From IMG/VR virus record IMGVR_UViG_3300013094_000065, positions 1 through 53,649 of that record: 53,649 bases of DNA; one strand, written 5' to 3'. A model generated the notes under the pieces. That model was not told the origin of the DNA. It did not search any database and saw only the letters and a program-made list of their open reading frames with translations. Shown piece by piece: positions 8,729 through 18,024 of this stretch. The translations under genes were made by a program, and so were the position numbers. Numbering within the stretch: position 1 is the first letter of the stretch; the number at the start of each line of letters is the position of its first letter. The stretch is from a virus. Taxonomy: Duplodnaviria; Caudoviricetes.

Positions 8729-10528
8729 TTATATTGATATGGTCTTTACCAATTTTTTTATTTCGGGCAAGTACAGATATTTTATATGACTGTCTAGTAA
8801 AATGTTGATAGCATCACCTAATGTTTCAGCCAGTGGCTGTCCTGCCAAGTTCAAACTGGTATTGAATAATAATGGAACACCAGTTTTTTTATAAAAAACA
8901 TCAATAAGTTCATAATAATTTGGGTTATCTTCTCTAGATACAGTTTGAATTCGGCATGTGTTATCCACATGTGTAACTGCTGGAATTTGATCTATCTTGG
9001 AAGACTTAACATCCACAGCATACATCATGAACGGGCTGGATTTTAATGTTTCCATTTCGAACCAATCCCGGGCATGTTCTTCCATGACTGAACCAGCAAA
9101 TGGCCTGAACCACTCTCTTCGTTTTACTTTGTTAACAATATCTTTGCCATCGATTCTTCGTGGATCAAAAAGAATACTACGATTTCCAAGTGCTCTTGGT
9201 CCGGCTTCTGCGCGACCTTGAAATAAAGCAACAATATTTCCTTCACTAATCAACTCAGCAATTTCTTTTGAAGTAGCGTCTTTAAATTCTACAATACCTA
9301 ATAAATCTTTTTCAACAGATTTTATTAACGAATAGTCAGGAGGAACACTCAGGTATAATGATGTTACTGGTCTAATTGTGTGGTCTTGCGAACGTGTATA
9401 CCATGCTCTTTTTGCCAGTCCAATTGAAGTTCCCCCGTCATTTGATATTGGGTCAATGTAGAATTTAATATGCGGAAATTTTTTAATAAATTTGTAATTG
9501 GCTACACAATTTAATCCATACCCGCCAGATATGACAACATTTGTTTCACCAGAAAGATCAATAGCTGTTTGAATTAAATTAATCATTTGCTCTTCGGTTT
9601 CTTTTTGTACAGCCCAAGCTAAATTCTTTTCAACTGTACGGCATAGTGAAAAATCATTATGCCAATCTTTAATTGCCAACCTTTTATCCTTTAAATGTAG
9701 ATACGGGTATCTACTATCATCAATATATGCTCCCATTGGATATCTTGGTAAAATTAAATTTTTATTACCTTTGCCATTGATAAAAAATTCTGGAATATTC
9801 TCATCATATTTGCCATAAGGTGCTAACCCCATGGTTTTTCCTGCTTCGATGGCAGTAAAACCAAGATACTGGGTAACAGCTTCGTAAGATTTTACTATTG
9901 TGGTTGACGGATCCCATTCGTGTATTCCATCTACGTGTCTTGCGTTTACCCCATCAGAATATCGTTTATATAAAGGAGTAAATTTACAAGGATATGAACA
10001 TTTATAAATTGATTCTGTTTCAAATCCACCGGTAATTGATTCTTGTCGATCTGATCTAAATCCCTCTTTATACGAACCAGCTCCATCAACAATCACAGCA
10101 ACAGCAGTTTTAAATCCAGATCCATAAAATGCCGAAGAAGCATGCCCCAAATGGTGTGATCCAGCCATTTTTGTAACATGTACAAGTGGATTGAATTTAC
10201 GAACAATTGAAAAATAAGGGTCTTCTCCTGTCCAAGATAAAGTTGGCAATTTTGTTTCTGTACCGCCAATTATAAATTCATCAATTGGCCCAAGTTGAAT
10301 TGCATTCAACATGACTCGAACTGGATTTCCGTCATACTTGTAACGGGAGTATCGTTCTTCTTCGCCATAGTAAATCAATTCACCATCAACCACCAATGCA
10401 GCCGACGCATTATGTCCGGGATTTATGGCCAAAACAGCATATGGTTTATTCTGATTTTTTTTAATCTCAGATGTTTTCACTGGTTTCTTAATATCAATAA
10501 TACTAGAAGATTGAGAAACTGGTAACAT
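8729..10528 (-). CDS. Carbamoyltransferase, NodU/CmcH/TobZ family (paralogue B)
   Basis: Same complete motif set: EEERYSR, HHLGHA, GKTMGLAPYG, GPRALGNRS, REWFRPFA, NTSLN. Confidence 0.92.
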   Translation of the reverse strand: MLPVSQSSSIIDIKKPVKTSEIKKNQNKPYAVLAINPGHNASAALVVDGELIYYGEEERYSRYKYDGNPVRVMLNAIQLGPIDEFIIGGTETKLPTLSWTGEDPYFSIVRKFNPLVHVTKMAGSHHLGHASSAFYGSGFKTAVAVIVDGAGSYKEGFRSDRQESITGGFETESIYKCSYPCKFTPLYKRYSDGVNARHVDGIHEWDPSTTIVKSYEAVTQYLGFTAIEAGKTMGLAPYGKYDENIPEFFINGKGNKNLILPRYPMGAYIDDSRYPYLHLKDKRLAIKDWHNDFSLCRTVEKNLAWAVQKETEEQMINLIQTAIDLSGETNVVISGGYGLNCVANYKFIKKFPHIKFYIDPISNDGGTSIGLAKRAWYTRSQDHTIRPVTSLYLSVPPDYSLIKSVEKDLLGIVEFKDATSKEIAELISEGNIVALFQGRAEAGPRALGNRSILFDPRRIDGKDIVNKVKRREWFRPFAGSVMEEHARDWFEMETLKSSPFMMYAVDVKSSKIDQIPAVTHVDNTCRIQTVSREDNPNYYELIDVFYKKTGVPLLFNTSLNLAGQPLAETLGDAINILLDSHIKYLYLPEIKKLVKTISI

Positions 10529-10531
10529 TTT

Positions 10532-12334
10532 TTAATTGGTATGAGTTGATACTTTCTTTACTAGTTGTTGTACTTCGGGCAAGTAAAGATATTCTATCTG
10601 ACTGTTTAATAAAATACCAACTGCATCAGCCAAGGTCTCAACTAATGGTTGTCCTGCCAAGTTCAAACTGGTATTGAATAATAATGGAACACCAGTTTTT
10701 TTATAAAAAGCTTCAATTAGATCGTAATAATTTGGGTTATCTTCTCTAGATACAGTTTGAATTCGGCATGTGTTATCCACATGTGTAACTGCTGGAATTT
10801 GTTCTGCTTTATCCGAGTTTACATCAACAGCATACATCATGAACGGGCTGGATTTTAATGTTTCCATTTCGAACCAATCCCGGGCATGTTCTTCCATGAC
10901 TGATCCAGCAAATGGTCTGAACCACTCTCTATGTTTAACCGCATTTACAATGTCTTTTCCGTCTTGTCTCCGCGGATCAAACAATATACTTCTATTACCC
11001 AATGCTCTCGGACCTCCTTCTGGACGTCCCTGAAATAAAGCAACAATATTTCCTTGATCAATCAAGTCTGCAATATCGTCAGAAGTTGTAGCATCGATAC
11101 TTAAAATACCATCCACTGTTTTCATTAAATGTTCTATTATTCCATAGTCGGGAGATAGTCCCAGATACATTGATTTTAATGGTTTGGGTTGAGTATCGCC
11201 AGAATAGATATGCCATGCGTGTTTTGCCAATCCAATAGCAGTACCGCCATCATGCGCAATAGGATCCACATAGATGTTGAGATTTGGAAATTGTTTAATA
11301 AATTTATAATTCGCAACACAATTTAACGCAAATCCGCCAGACAACACAATATTTGTTTCGCCGGTTTCAGTGGCAGCTTTTTCTATTAATCGCATGACCT
11401 GTTCTTCAGCTTCTTTCTGAATGTTGTATGCTATATTTTTGTCTTGATCTCTTGCCAAAGAGAAATCACGATGCCATTCCATTGGGTCAGTTATTCTAGC
11501 CAGATATGGGAAACGATTTTCATCAATAAAGGCACCCATGGGATACTGGGGAATTAGTAAATTTTTATTGCCTTTATTCTGTACAAAAAACATAGGAACA
11601 TCATTGTCATCAGTTCCGTATGGAGCTAACCCCATTGTTTTTCCGGCCTCAATAAATCCAAAACCCAAATAGTACGATACCGCTTCGTATGCTTTTGTAA
11701 TTGTTACAGCACTGTCAAATTCATCGACCTCATCTTTAAAATATGGGCTTGCCCCATCAGAATATCTTTTATAAACTGGAACAAATTCGTTGGGATATGC
11801 ACATGTATAAATTGATTCCGTTTCAAACCCACCGGTTTTGCGATCTCCGTCAAGAGTTTTGGTATAATAAGATCCGCTACCATCAACAATTACTGCGGCT
11901 GCAGTTTCAAACCCCGAACCGTAAAAAGCTGATGAGGCATGGCCAACATGATGTGTATCCATCATGAACGTTACTTTAACATTGGGATTAAATTTTCGAA
12001 CCAATGCAGTATACGGATCTTCACCAGTCCATTGCATTTGTGGTAGTTGCGGAACAGTTCCTCCAATTACTAATTCATTAATTGGACAATTCATGAGTGC
12101 GTGTAACATAGCACGGAACGGATTTCCGTCATATTTCATACGAGAAAATCGTTCTTCCTCGCCGTAAAACACAAGCTCTCCGTTGACAACCAGTGCCGCG
12201 GATCCATTGTGCCCGGGATTTATCGCCAGCACAGCATATTGGTCACTGCTGTTTTGTTCTACTGCCGCCGGTATTGGGCTGGAAGGCTGGTTTATTTGAG
12301 ATTCTTGGGATGCTGATGTTTTTCTTTTCGCCAC
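10532..12334 (-). CDS. Carbamoyltransferase, NodU/CmcH/TobZ family (paralogue C)
   Basis: EEERFSRMK, HHVGHA, GGFALNCVAN, GPRALGNRS, KHREWFRPFA; GTG start with GAGG upstream. Confidence 0.92.
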   Translation of the reverse strand: MAKRKTSASQESQINQPSSPIPAAVEQNSSDQYAVLAINPGHNGSAALVVNGELVFYGEEERFSRMKYDGNPFRAMLHALMNCPINELVIGGTVPQLPQMQWTGEDPYTALVRKFNPNVKVTFMMDTHHVGHASSAFYGSGFETAAAVIVDGSGSYYTKTLDGDRKTGGFETESIYTCAYPNEFVPVYKRYSDGASPYFKDEVDEFDSAVTITKAYEAVSYYLGFGFIEAGKTMGLAPYGTDDNDVPMFFVQNKGNKNLLIPQYPMGAFIDENRFPYLARITDPMEWHRDFSLARDQDKNIAYNIQKEAEEQVMRLIEKAATETGETNIVLSGGFALNCVANYKFIKQFPNLNIYVDPIAHDGGTAIGLAKHAWHIYSGDTQPKPLKSMYLGLSPDYGIIEHLMKTVDGILSIDATTSDDIADLIDQGNIVALFQGRPEGGPRALGNRSILFDPRRQDGKDIVNAVKHREWFRPFAGSVMEEHARDWFEMETLKSSPFMMYAVDVNSDKAEQIPAVTHVDNTCRIQTVSREDNPNYYDLIEAFYKKTGVPLLFNTSLNLAGQPLVETLADAVGILLNSQIEYLYLPEVQQLVKKVSTHTN

Positions 12335-13268
12335 TTGAAGATGTCCTCTCTATATCTATTATAATTGAATCGTGAATTTTTGTCAACTCTTTATCAGTAA
12401 ATTTCATAGAACTTTCGTTCAACCGATTTGCTAACATTGAATCTAAACCTGTTAATCGAATTGGGCTATATTTTTTGTGTGATTTGTTTTCTATAATATG
12501 AAAAAAGTCTGGGTATGATGTATTAACTGGAAAAGTTGATCCAAAAATAACAGTTCCTGGAATATTGAATGCTCTTGCCAAGTGTTGCCCGAGACTGTCA
12601 CATCCAATGAAATAATCACACTCGCTTACCAGTGCAGCCCATTGTCTAATATCGCATACAAATTTGGCGGAATACTTATCACTCTTTAAATGATAATCTT
12701 GCTCTCCAAAGAATATAACATTGTAACGTGTTGCCAGTCTCATCATTAACGAAACATAGTCTGAACTACTCAGGCTACGAGCTTCGTCGTCAGAAACAGT
12801 GCCCTTGTCTTTATCAATTTTTGCGCCTCGACCAAAAGGTTGAAAAATAATTGTTTTTTGTTTTTTTTGTATTGCTTTAATATCAGCAATACTTTGTTTG
12901 GCAAAAGTTGTTTCGGCAATACTTAGCACCATTTTGGGAGGCAGTAAATCAGAATGATCCGTGGTGTTATTAATTTGTTGATCTATTGCTTGTCCCAGTG
13001 ATATTTTTTGATTAAAATATCCGGGAATTCGATAGGGCTCAACGGTAATTATTTCATCCATCTGAGTAATTAACGTATCAAAAATACCCTTTGTATCAAT
13101 TCCAAAGGTTCTATCTTGTAATTCAGGAATACCCCAATACAAATAATCCCATGCCGGTATTAGAATATACCACTCTTCATCTGGGTGTAATTTGGCATAC
13201 TTGAGAAATGCTGGTATTGCAGCAATAATCCTCCCGGCACCGCCGTCGAGATAAAACATCTTCTTCAT
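12243..13268 (-). CDS. Glycosyltransferase, GT9 (ADP-heptose:LPS heptosyltransferase)-like
   Basis: N-terminal GGAGRII; C-terminal CDYFIGCDSLGQHLARAFNIPGTVIFGST matches the GT9 D-S-x-x-x-H-x-A-x-A...P-x-x-x-x-F-G motif. Confidence 0.75.
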   Translation of the reverse strand: MKKMFYLDGGAGRIIAAIPAFLKYAKLHPDEEWYILIPAWDYLYWGIPELQDRTFGIDTKGIFDTLITQMDEIITVEPYRIPGYFNQKISLGQAIDQQINNTTDHSDLLPPKMVLSIAETTFAKQSIADIKAIQKKQKTIIFQPFGRGAKIDKDKGTVSDDEARSLSSSDYVSLMMRLATRYNVIFFGEQDYHLKSDKYSAKFVCDIRQWAALVSECDYFIGCDSLGQHLARAFNIPGTVIFGSTFPVNTSYPDFFHIIENKSHKKYSPIRLTGLDSMLANRLNESSMKFTDKELTKIHDSIIIDIERTSSSGEKKNISIPRISNKPAFQPNTGGSRTKQQ

Positions 13269-13307
13269 AATCTTCCTTAATTTAAGTCTAGTACACTAAC
13301 TATTTTT

Positions 13308-13314
13308 TATTTAG
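13308..13314 (-). promoter_or_regulatory. Late promoter-like CTAAATA upstream of the glycosyltransferase-carbamoyltransferase unit
   Basis: TATTTAG in the intergenic gap 40 nt before the ATG at 13268. Confidence 0.55.
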
Positions 13315-13347
13315 TGCGTACTTAACGACCTTGGGAAATATTTGAAT

Positions 13348-16300
13348 TTATGTCGGAATACCTTGGGTTTGTTCATAATGACACTGATAATCTGCGCGAG
13401 GTTGGAGAATCTCTTTTTTAGGTTCTTTAACTCGCTCCACAATAACTCTACCAGTATGATCGGTAGCATCATTATCCACCATGAACTGATCGTGTCGTTC
13501 AGCAATCACCATCCAGGACACAGTGGCAACAGAATCAGGATTTTTACATAATATTGTCAACTGATTTCCGTCTAGTGTTCCTTTAACTTCGTCCCAATCT
13601 GATTCATTTGATGTAAAAATTCTTGCGTTTACACACAGCTCCTCGAAGGTTCCGCTGGTCATTCCCGATTCTTGATCTACATCAATTACTGCAATTCCTT
13701 GTGACAACACCGCAGACCCAGAATATATTATATCTGCAAACGGTGATTCAACCGACATATGAATAAGTTCATGTGTATCGTTAAGATCCGGGTGTGGATG
13801 ATCGATACGGAAGGACTTTGCGTTAGCGTAAAATACTCCACTTAAACAAGCGTTACCGCCATTGCACAGCACAAAACTGTATCTTATACCAGTTTGAACC
13901 CAGTTTAACCCGTTACCGTCAAGTTCAGTGTGCCACGAGCAATAGCCGTTACTATCAAATTCAAGCTTTGGACTACACCCAGATACACGAAGCTCACCAG
14001 CACCACCATTTCCATATACCATGAAAGCACGACCCCCGCCAAAGAACCCACCAGGACTACTTGTTCCAATTCCTCCACCAGCACACCCAATTGTACAACC
14101 AGGTGTGCAAACTCCTCCACCAGCACATAACCATCCACCAGCATACATATAACCGCCGGCTATGATACAGCTACTAGCGCACATATAACCAGGCGTACAA
14201 ACTCCAGAACCAGCACACAGCCAATTACTGGTATACGAATAACCATCAGCTATAAGGCAGCCATTGGTGTGTATCATGTTAAGCCCGCAGATACATTGGT
14301 ATGAACAGATATATCCAGCCGCAATGAATCCGTTGTTGGTACAGATACAATTTGGAGCATACAGACACTGAGCCTGGACAAAACATCCTACACACATATA
14401 ACCAGGCGTGCAAACTCCAGAACCAGCACACAGCCAATTACTGGTATACGAATAACCATCAGCTATAAGGCAGCCATTGGTGTGTATCATGTTAAGCCCG
14501 CAGATACATTGGTATGAACAGAAATAACCCGCTGATATCATTCCACCGTTGGTACAGATACATGTGGTAAAATATCCACAACATGACATTACATAATAGC
14601 AAGCACAAATGTATGGAGCAATCACACAAATACCGGCACAACTATATGCACCCGCGTAAACGCAACATCCGGCACATAGATACAACGCACTGATTGATTG
14701 AGCAGAACATATACAGTTATAATAATAGTGTCCTGCGACTGTGTTCGTGTTATTGTATACCCAAGAACTGTTCAGTGGGCCAAAACAATACCAGTAACTG
14801 CAGCTACACATATAAAGATTACCGCCACTGTTTTGCAAAGAAACCCCACCTTGTATACATATCAATCCACAACTACATAACCCACTACCACCATATATCC
14901 AGCCATAGGCCTGTACGTAGTTACCAGTACACATGTAATTGCTAGAGAGTACGCATCCCGATGAATTTAGGCCACAGGATGTTTGTATACATCCAGTGGC
15001 ACATATATAACCGCCTGTGCAAACTCCAGAACCAGCACACAGCCAATTACCGGTATACGAATAACCAGCGGCAACCACACAACCCTGTGAACATACCATG
15101 CTACCAGCAAGCACATAAGTAAAACCGGTTACTTGTGGCGCACCCACACAAATACTTGAACAAATACATCCGGAAGACAACACACAACAACAAGAACAAA
15201 CATTGACGCCGTTGAAAAATGCCCCAGCTCCTGAAACTACACACAATGTTGATGTACATACACACTGGTTTGCTATTACACACCCGCATGTGACAAAGCA
15301 ACAGTTACTACAAGATCCGCCACCTATGGCATAGCTATATGGAGAATAGTGGCATGAACTAGTACAAATCATACCAGCTGAACATACTCCGCCACAAGCA
15401 TACATCAACCCACCAGAGGTAATTGCCCCTTGACCGCACATGTTACCGGCGTAATCAAAGCACCAAAACACAGTTGGGTAACTGTCATTTCCGCCCACTG
15501 CAATAAATGCTGCACCCCAGCCACCGTTGCTAGGGCGATATTGTCCAATAGTCAAATGCTGCCTATATCCATATCCGGACAGTGTAGATATTTGATGGTA
15601 TCCGGGAATGAACCAACAGCCTGAGTTTGATGGTGACGGATCGGCTATTTCAATAGAACCAAAGGTGGCACAGCATAAACAATTGACTGCGGTGGGAGCA
15701 GTGATACGCAAATTATTACAAGAACATAAAAATGCTCCGTAAATACCTCCGGCAGCCTGTATAGTACTGCCTGCACACATCACACTGCTTGTACAAATAC
15801 CACCTGTAGCTAATATACAACAGTTTACATAAAAATTTGATCCGGGCACACTACAACAAGCATATAAAGCGCAACACGCACAGTACGTACATGTTGAACA
15901 ACCATTCAAACAACCCCAAAATGACGCAGAACATACCGCAGTAGTACCGCATATGACCGGACTAATCATACATGTGCCAGCACAACTGTATGCGCCTGCG
16001 TAGATACAGCAGTTGGCACATATATATCCTGCTGAACATAGATAGCAGGTAGCATAGATACAGGGAGAATATAAACAGGTAGCAGAGCATATCATGGCAC
16101 CGGCATTCACGCCGCCCGAGACAACAACTGAACAGTTTACATTAAAATTTGATCCGGGTACGCTACAATAAGCATATAAAGCGCAACACGCACAACAAGC
16201 AGTTGTGGCGCATCCAATTAGTGATCCGCACAGGGTTGGGGCAGATATAACACAACTTGCGCAAAAACTAGCACCGCATCCGGTGGCGCCTGACCCACAG

Positions 16301-17313
16301 ATACATATTGTGTTACTGTTTGCGACAAACATATTGAGATATCCGGATTGCGTCCAGCTTAAACACAACCCAGTACCGCAACAGGTGCCCATGACAATTA
16401 ATGAAGTTTGGGCTTGTACGCATGATGAACCGCATACAACGGGAGAAATAACACAAGTGCCGGCACTCACATAGTTTGCCGCGCAGATACAACAAGCAGA
16501 ACATATTCCAATTACACCGCACACAACATTGCCCATTACACAATTGCCGGCACAAATAATTCCGCCTGTACACCACCCACCTACCGAGCATCCCCAACAT
16601 TGTGGATACACATATGTGCCTATTACACAAGAACCAGAACAAATCATGCCAGCCGATGCAACGCAACAGGCACTACAGATATTTCCAGTTTCGGAACATA
16701 CATATGTACAGGAAATTATACCGCCAGATTGTGTACAAATACATCCAAGATACGCTTGAGGAGATACTATACATCCGCCGGCACATACACAACACGGTGT
16801 TGTTATGTTGCCTGCACACGCACATATCGATGTACCAGCAATGATACAGGTACCGGCAGTAACACAAGTACCAGCGGTAACACAAGTACCAGCGGTAACT
16901 GCGCCACTGCTACAAATAACGGCGCTACACAAACATGTAGATGCTTTGACAATTGTGGTACAAACAGATCCGTTGATCTGAAGTTTATCAGTGACATTAT
17001 CAGTACCGGTTCCTAGTAATACGTTGCCAGAATATTGAGCAATTTTTACCAACCCAGTGTTTATAACTTCAATGCTCGGGATACCAGATATATCGTTTGC
17101 TGAGAATATTGTTCCCGACATTGAATTGGCAATAGAAAACAATTGCGCTGTAGAACCTTCAAACGAGAGAGTACCTGAATTTTGCGGGTATGTTCTTAAT
17201 GTTATATTTTGCGGAGCAGTAGTAGCATTTGCCCCAGAAAATACAATTTTGGGTACGTCGGAAGAACTTCCTATATTAGGAGTAATTACGAGGTTCTGGT
17301 CGGTCAATGCCAT
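13348..17313 (-). CDS. Extremely cysteine-rich tail fibre-like protein
   Basis: Fibre-like N-terminus (LSFEGSTAQLFSI...FSANDISGIPSIEV), about 1000 aa of short G/C-rich beta repeats, C-terminal KSFRIDHP...ESP module. Confidence 0.7.
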   Translation of the reverse strand: MALTDQNLVITPNIGSSSDVPKIVFSGANATTAPQNITLRTYPQNSGTLSFEGSTAQLFSIANSMSGTIFSANDISGIPSIEVINTGLVKIAQYSGNVLLGTGTDNVTDKLQINGSVCTTIVKASTCLCSAVICSSGAVTAGTCVTAGTCVTAGTCIIAGTSICACAGNITTPCCVCAGGCIVSPQAYLGCICTQSGGIISCTYVCSETGNICSACCVASAGMICSGSCVIGTYVYPQCWGCSVGGWCTGGIICAGNCVMGNVVCGVIGICSACCICAANYVSAGTCVISPVVCGSSCVQAQTSLIVMGTCCGTGLCLSWTQSGYLNMFVANSNTICICGSGATGCGASFCASCVISAPTLCGSLIGCATTACCACCALYAYCSVPGSNFNVNCSVVVSGGVNAGAMICSATCLYSPCIYATCYLCSAGYICANCCIYAGAYSCAGTCMISPVICGTTAVCSASFWGCLNGCSTCTYCACCALYACCSVPGSNFYVNCCILATGGICTSSVMCAGSTIQAAGGIYGAFLCSCNNLRITAPTAVNCLCCATFGSIEIADPSPSNSGCWFIPGYHQISTLSGYGYRQHLTIGQYRPSNGGWGAAFIAVGGNDSYPTVFWCFDYAGNMCGQGAITSGGLMYACGGVCSAGMICTSSCHYSPYSYAIGGGSCSNCCFVTCGCVIANQCVCTSTLCVVSGAGAFFNGVNVCSCCCVLSSGCICSSICVGAPQVTGFTYVLAGSMVCSQGCVVAAGYSYTGNWLCAGSGVCTGGYICATGCIQTSCGLNSSGCVLSSNYMCTGNYVQAYGWIYGGSGLCSCGLICIQGGVSLQNSGGNLYMCSCSYWYCFGPLNSSWVYNNTNTVAGHYYYNCICSAQSISALYLCAGCCVYAGAYSCAGICVIAPYICACYYVMSCCGYFTTCICTNGGMISAGYFCSYQCICGLNMIHTNGCLIADGYSYTSNWLCAGSGVCTPGYMCVGCFVQAQCLYAPNCICTNNGFIAAGYICSYQCICGLNMIHTNGCLIADGYSYTSNWLCAGSGVCTPGYMCASSCIIAGGYMYAGGWLCAGGGVCTPGCTIGCAGGGIGTSSPGGFFGGGRAFMVYGNGGAGELRVSGCSPKLEFDSNGYCSWHTELDGNGLNWVQTGIRYSFVLCNGGNACLSGVFYANAKSFRIDHPHPDLNDTHELIHMSVESPFADIIYSGSAVLSQGIAVIDVDQESGMTSGTFEELCVNARIFTSNESDWDEVKGTLDGNQLTILCKNPDSVATVSWMVIAERHDQFMVDNDATDHTGRVIVERVKEPKKEILQPRADYQCHYEQTQGIPT
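14180..14522. repeat. Near-identical ~130-bp direct repeat (213-bp period) inside the Cys-rich gene
   Basis: 14180-14309 versus 14393-14522, with one synonymous mismatch seen. Confidence 0.85.
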
Positions 17314-17336
17314 TAATAATCCTTAAACTTATCAAG

Positions 17337-17343
17337 TATTTAG
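17337..17343 (-). promoter_or_regulatory. Late promoter-like CTAAATA for the Cys-rich fibre gene
   Basis: TATTTAG 24 nt upstream of the ATG at 17313. Confidence 0.55.
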
Positions 17344-17350
17344 TTGATCT

Positions 17351-18022
17351 CTAGATACCGTATCGACCTCTGAGGGCATAGTAATTTTGATATGCTTCTG
17401 TTGCGGATAAAGCACGATTATACATTTTTGCCACCGGCATAAGCCCGGCCATGTATCCTGTGTATACCCCCACATTTAATGCTGAAGAAAAAGACGAACT
17501 ATAATTTACTAGGGTATAGGTGGAAGTAGCAACTTGTGCTCCGTTTATATACAAAACAGAAACACCGTTATAAAAAGTTCCAATAGCATGATACCATGTA
17601 AAATTTGTTAGACCCGATGGACTGGTAAGATCTCCGCCAGTCCCGCTGATAATGTTTTCCCAACGTAGTGTACCATTGCCCGCGGAGTAAAAATTTATAT
17701 ACGTGGGGGAGGTTGAAAAGCTCATAAATCCCTGTGCTCTGCTTTGTATGTCATTAGAGTTAAATATCATCTCCATAGACACCCCACCAGATAGATTTAG
17801 AGTAACCGTTGGGGTAACAACATATCCAGAGGTTCCATTAAGTGCCATAGATCCTCCATTTGTGGCATTGTATGATATACCACCTGTTAATGTTCCAACA
17901 ACACCACTACCTGTTAAATCAGTCCAAACGCTACCGCTTCCGGGATAGGATTTGGTATTAGCGGCATCATATGCCAATATCAATCCACTTGTTGCTATAC
18001 TTGGCCCTATTGCTATACTCAT
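17351..18022 (-). CDS. LamG / concanavalin A-like lectin domain virion protein
   Basis: GLILAYDAANTKSYPGSGSVWTDLTG, WYHAIGTF...LYING and YNRALSATE are typical of phage LamG-like proteins. Confidence 0.8.
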   Translation of the reverse strand: MSIAIGPSIATSGLILAYDAANTKSYPGSGSVWTDLTGSGVVGTLTGGISYNATNGGSMALNGTSGYVVTPTVTLNLSGGVSMEMIFNSNDIQSRAQGFMSFSTSPTYINFYSAGNGTLRWENIISGTGGDLTSPSGLTNFTWYHAIGTFYNGVSVLYINGAQVATSTYTLVNYSSSFSSALNVGVYTGYMAGLMPVAKMYNRALSATEAYQNYYALRGRYGI

Positions 18023-18024
18023 AC

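Noticed and set aside
7133-11033. Three similar antisense ORFs (7133, 8997, 10770)
   Set aside because: Shadows of the conserved carbamoyltransferase C-terminal domain on the opposite strand
14180-14522. Repeat pair as the template/variable repeats of a diversity-generating retroelement
   Set aside because: Both copies are in-frame mid-gene, the one difference seen is synonymous, and there is no reverse transcriptase in the window
13348-17313. Cys excess as a sign of genetic code reassignment
   Set aside because: Cys codons elsewhere occupy normal conserved positions (CxxC, LNCVAN, FYCPY), and core genes translate full length in the standard code
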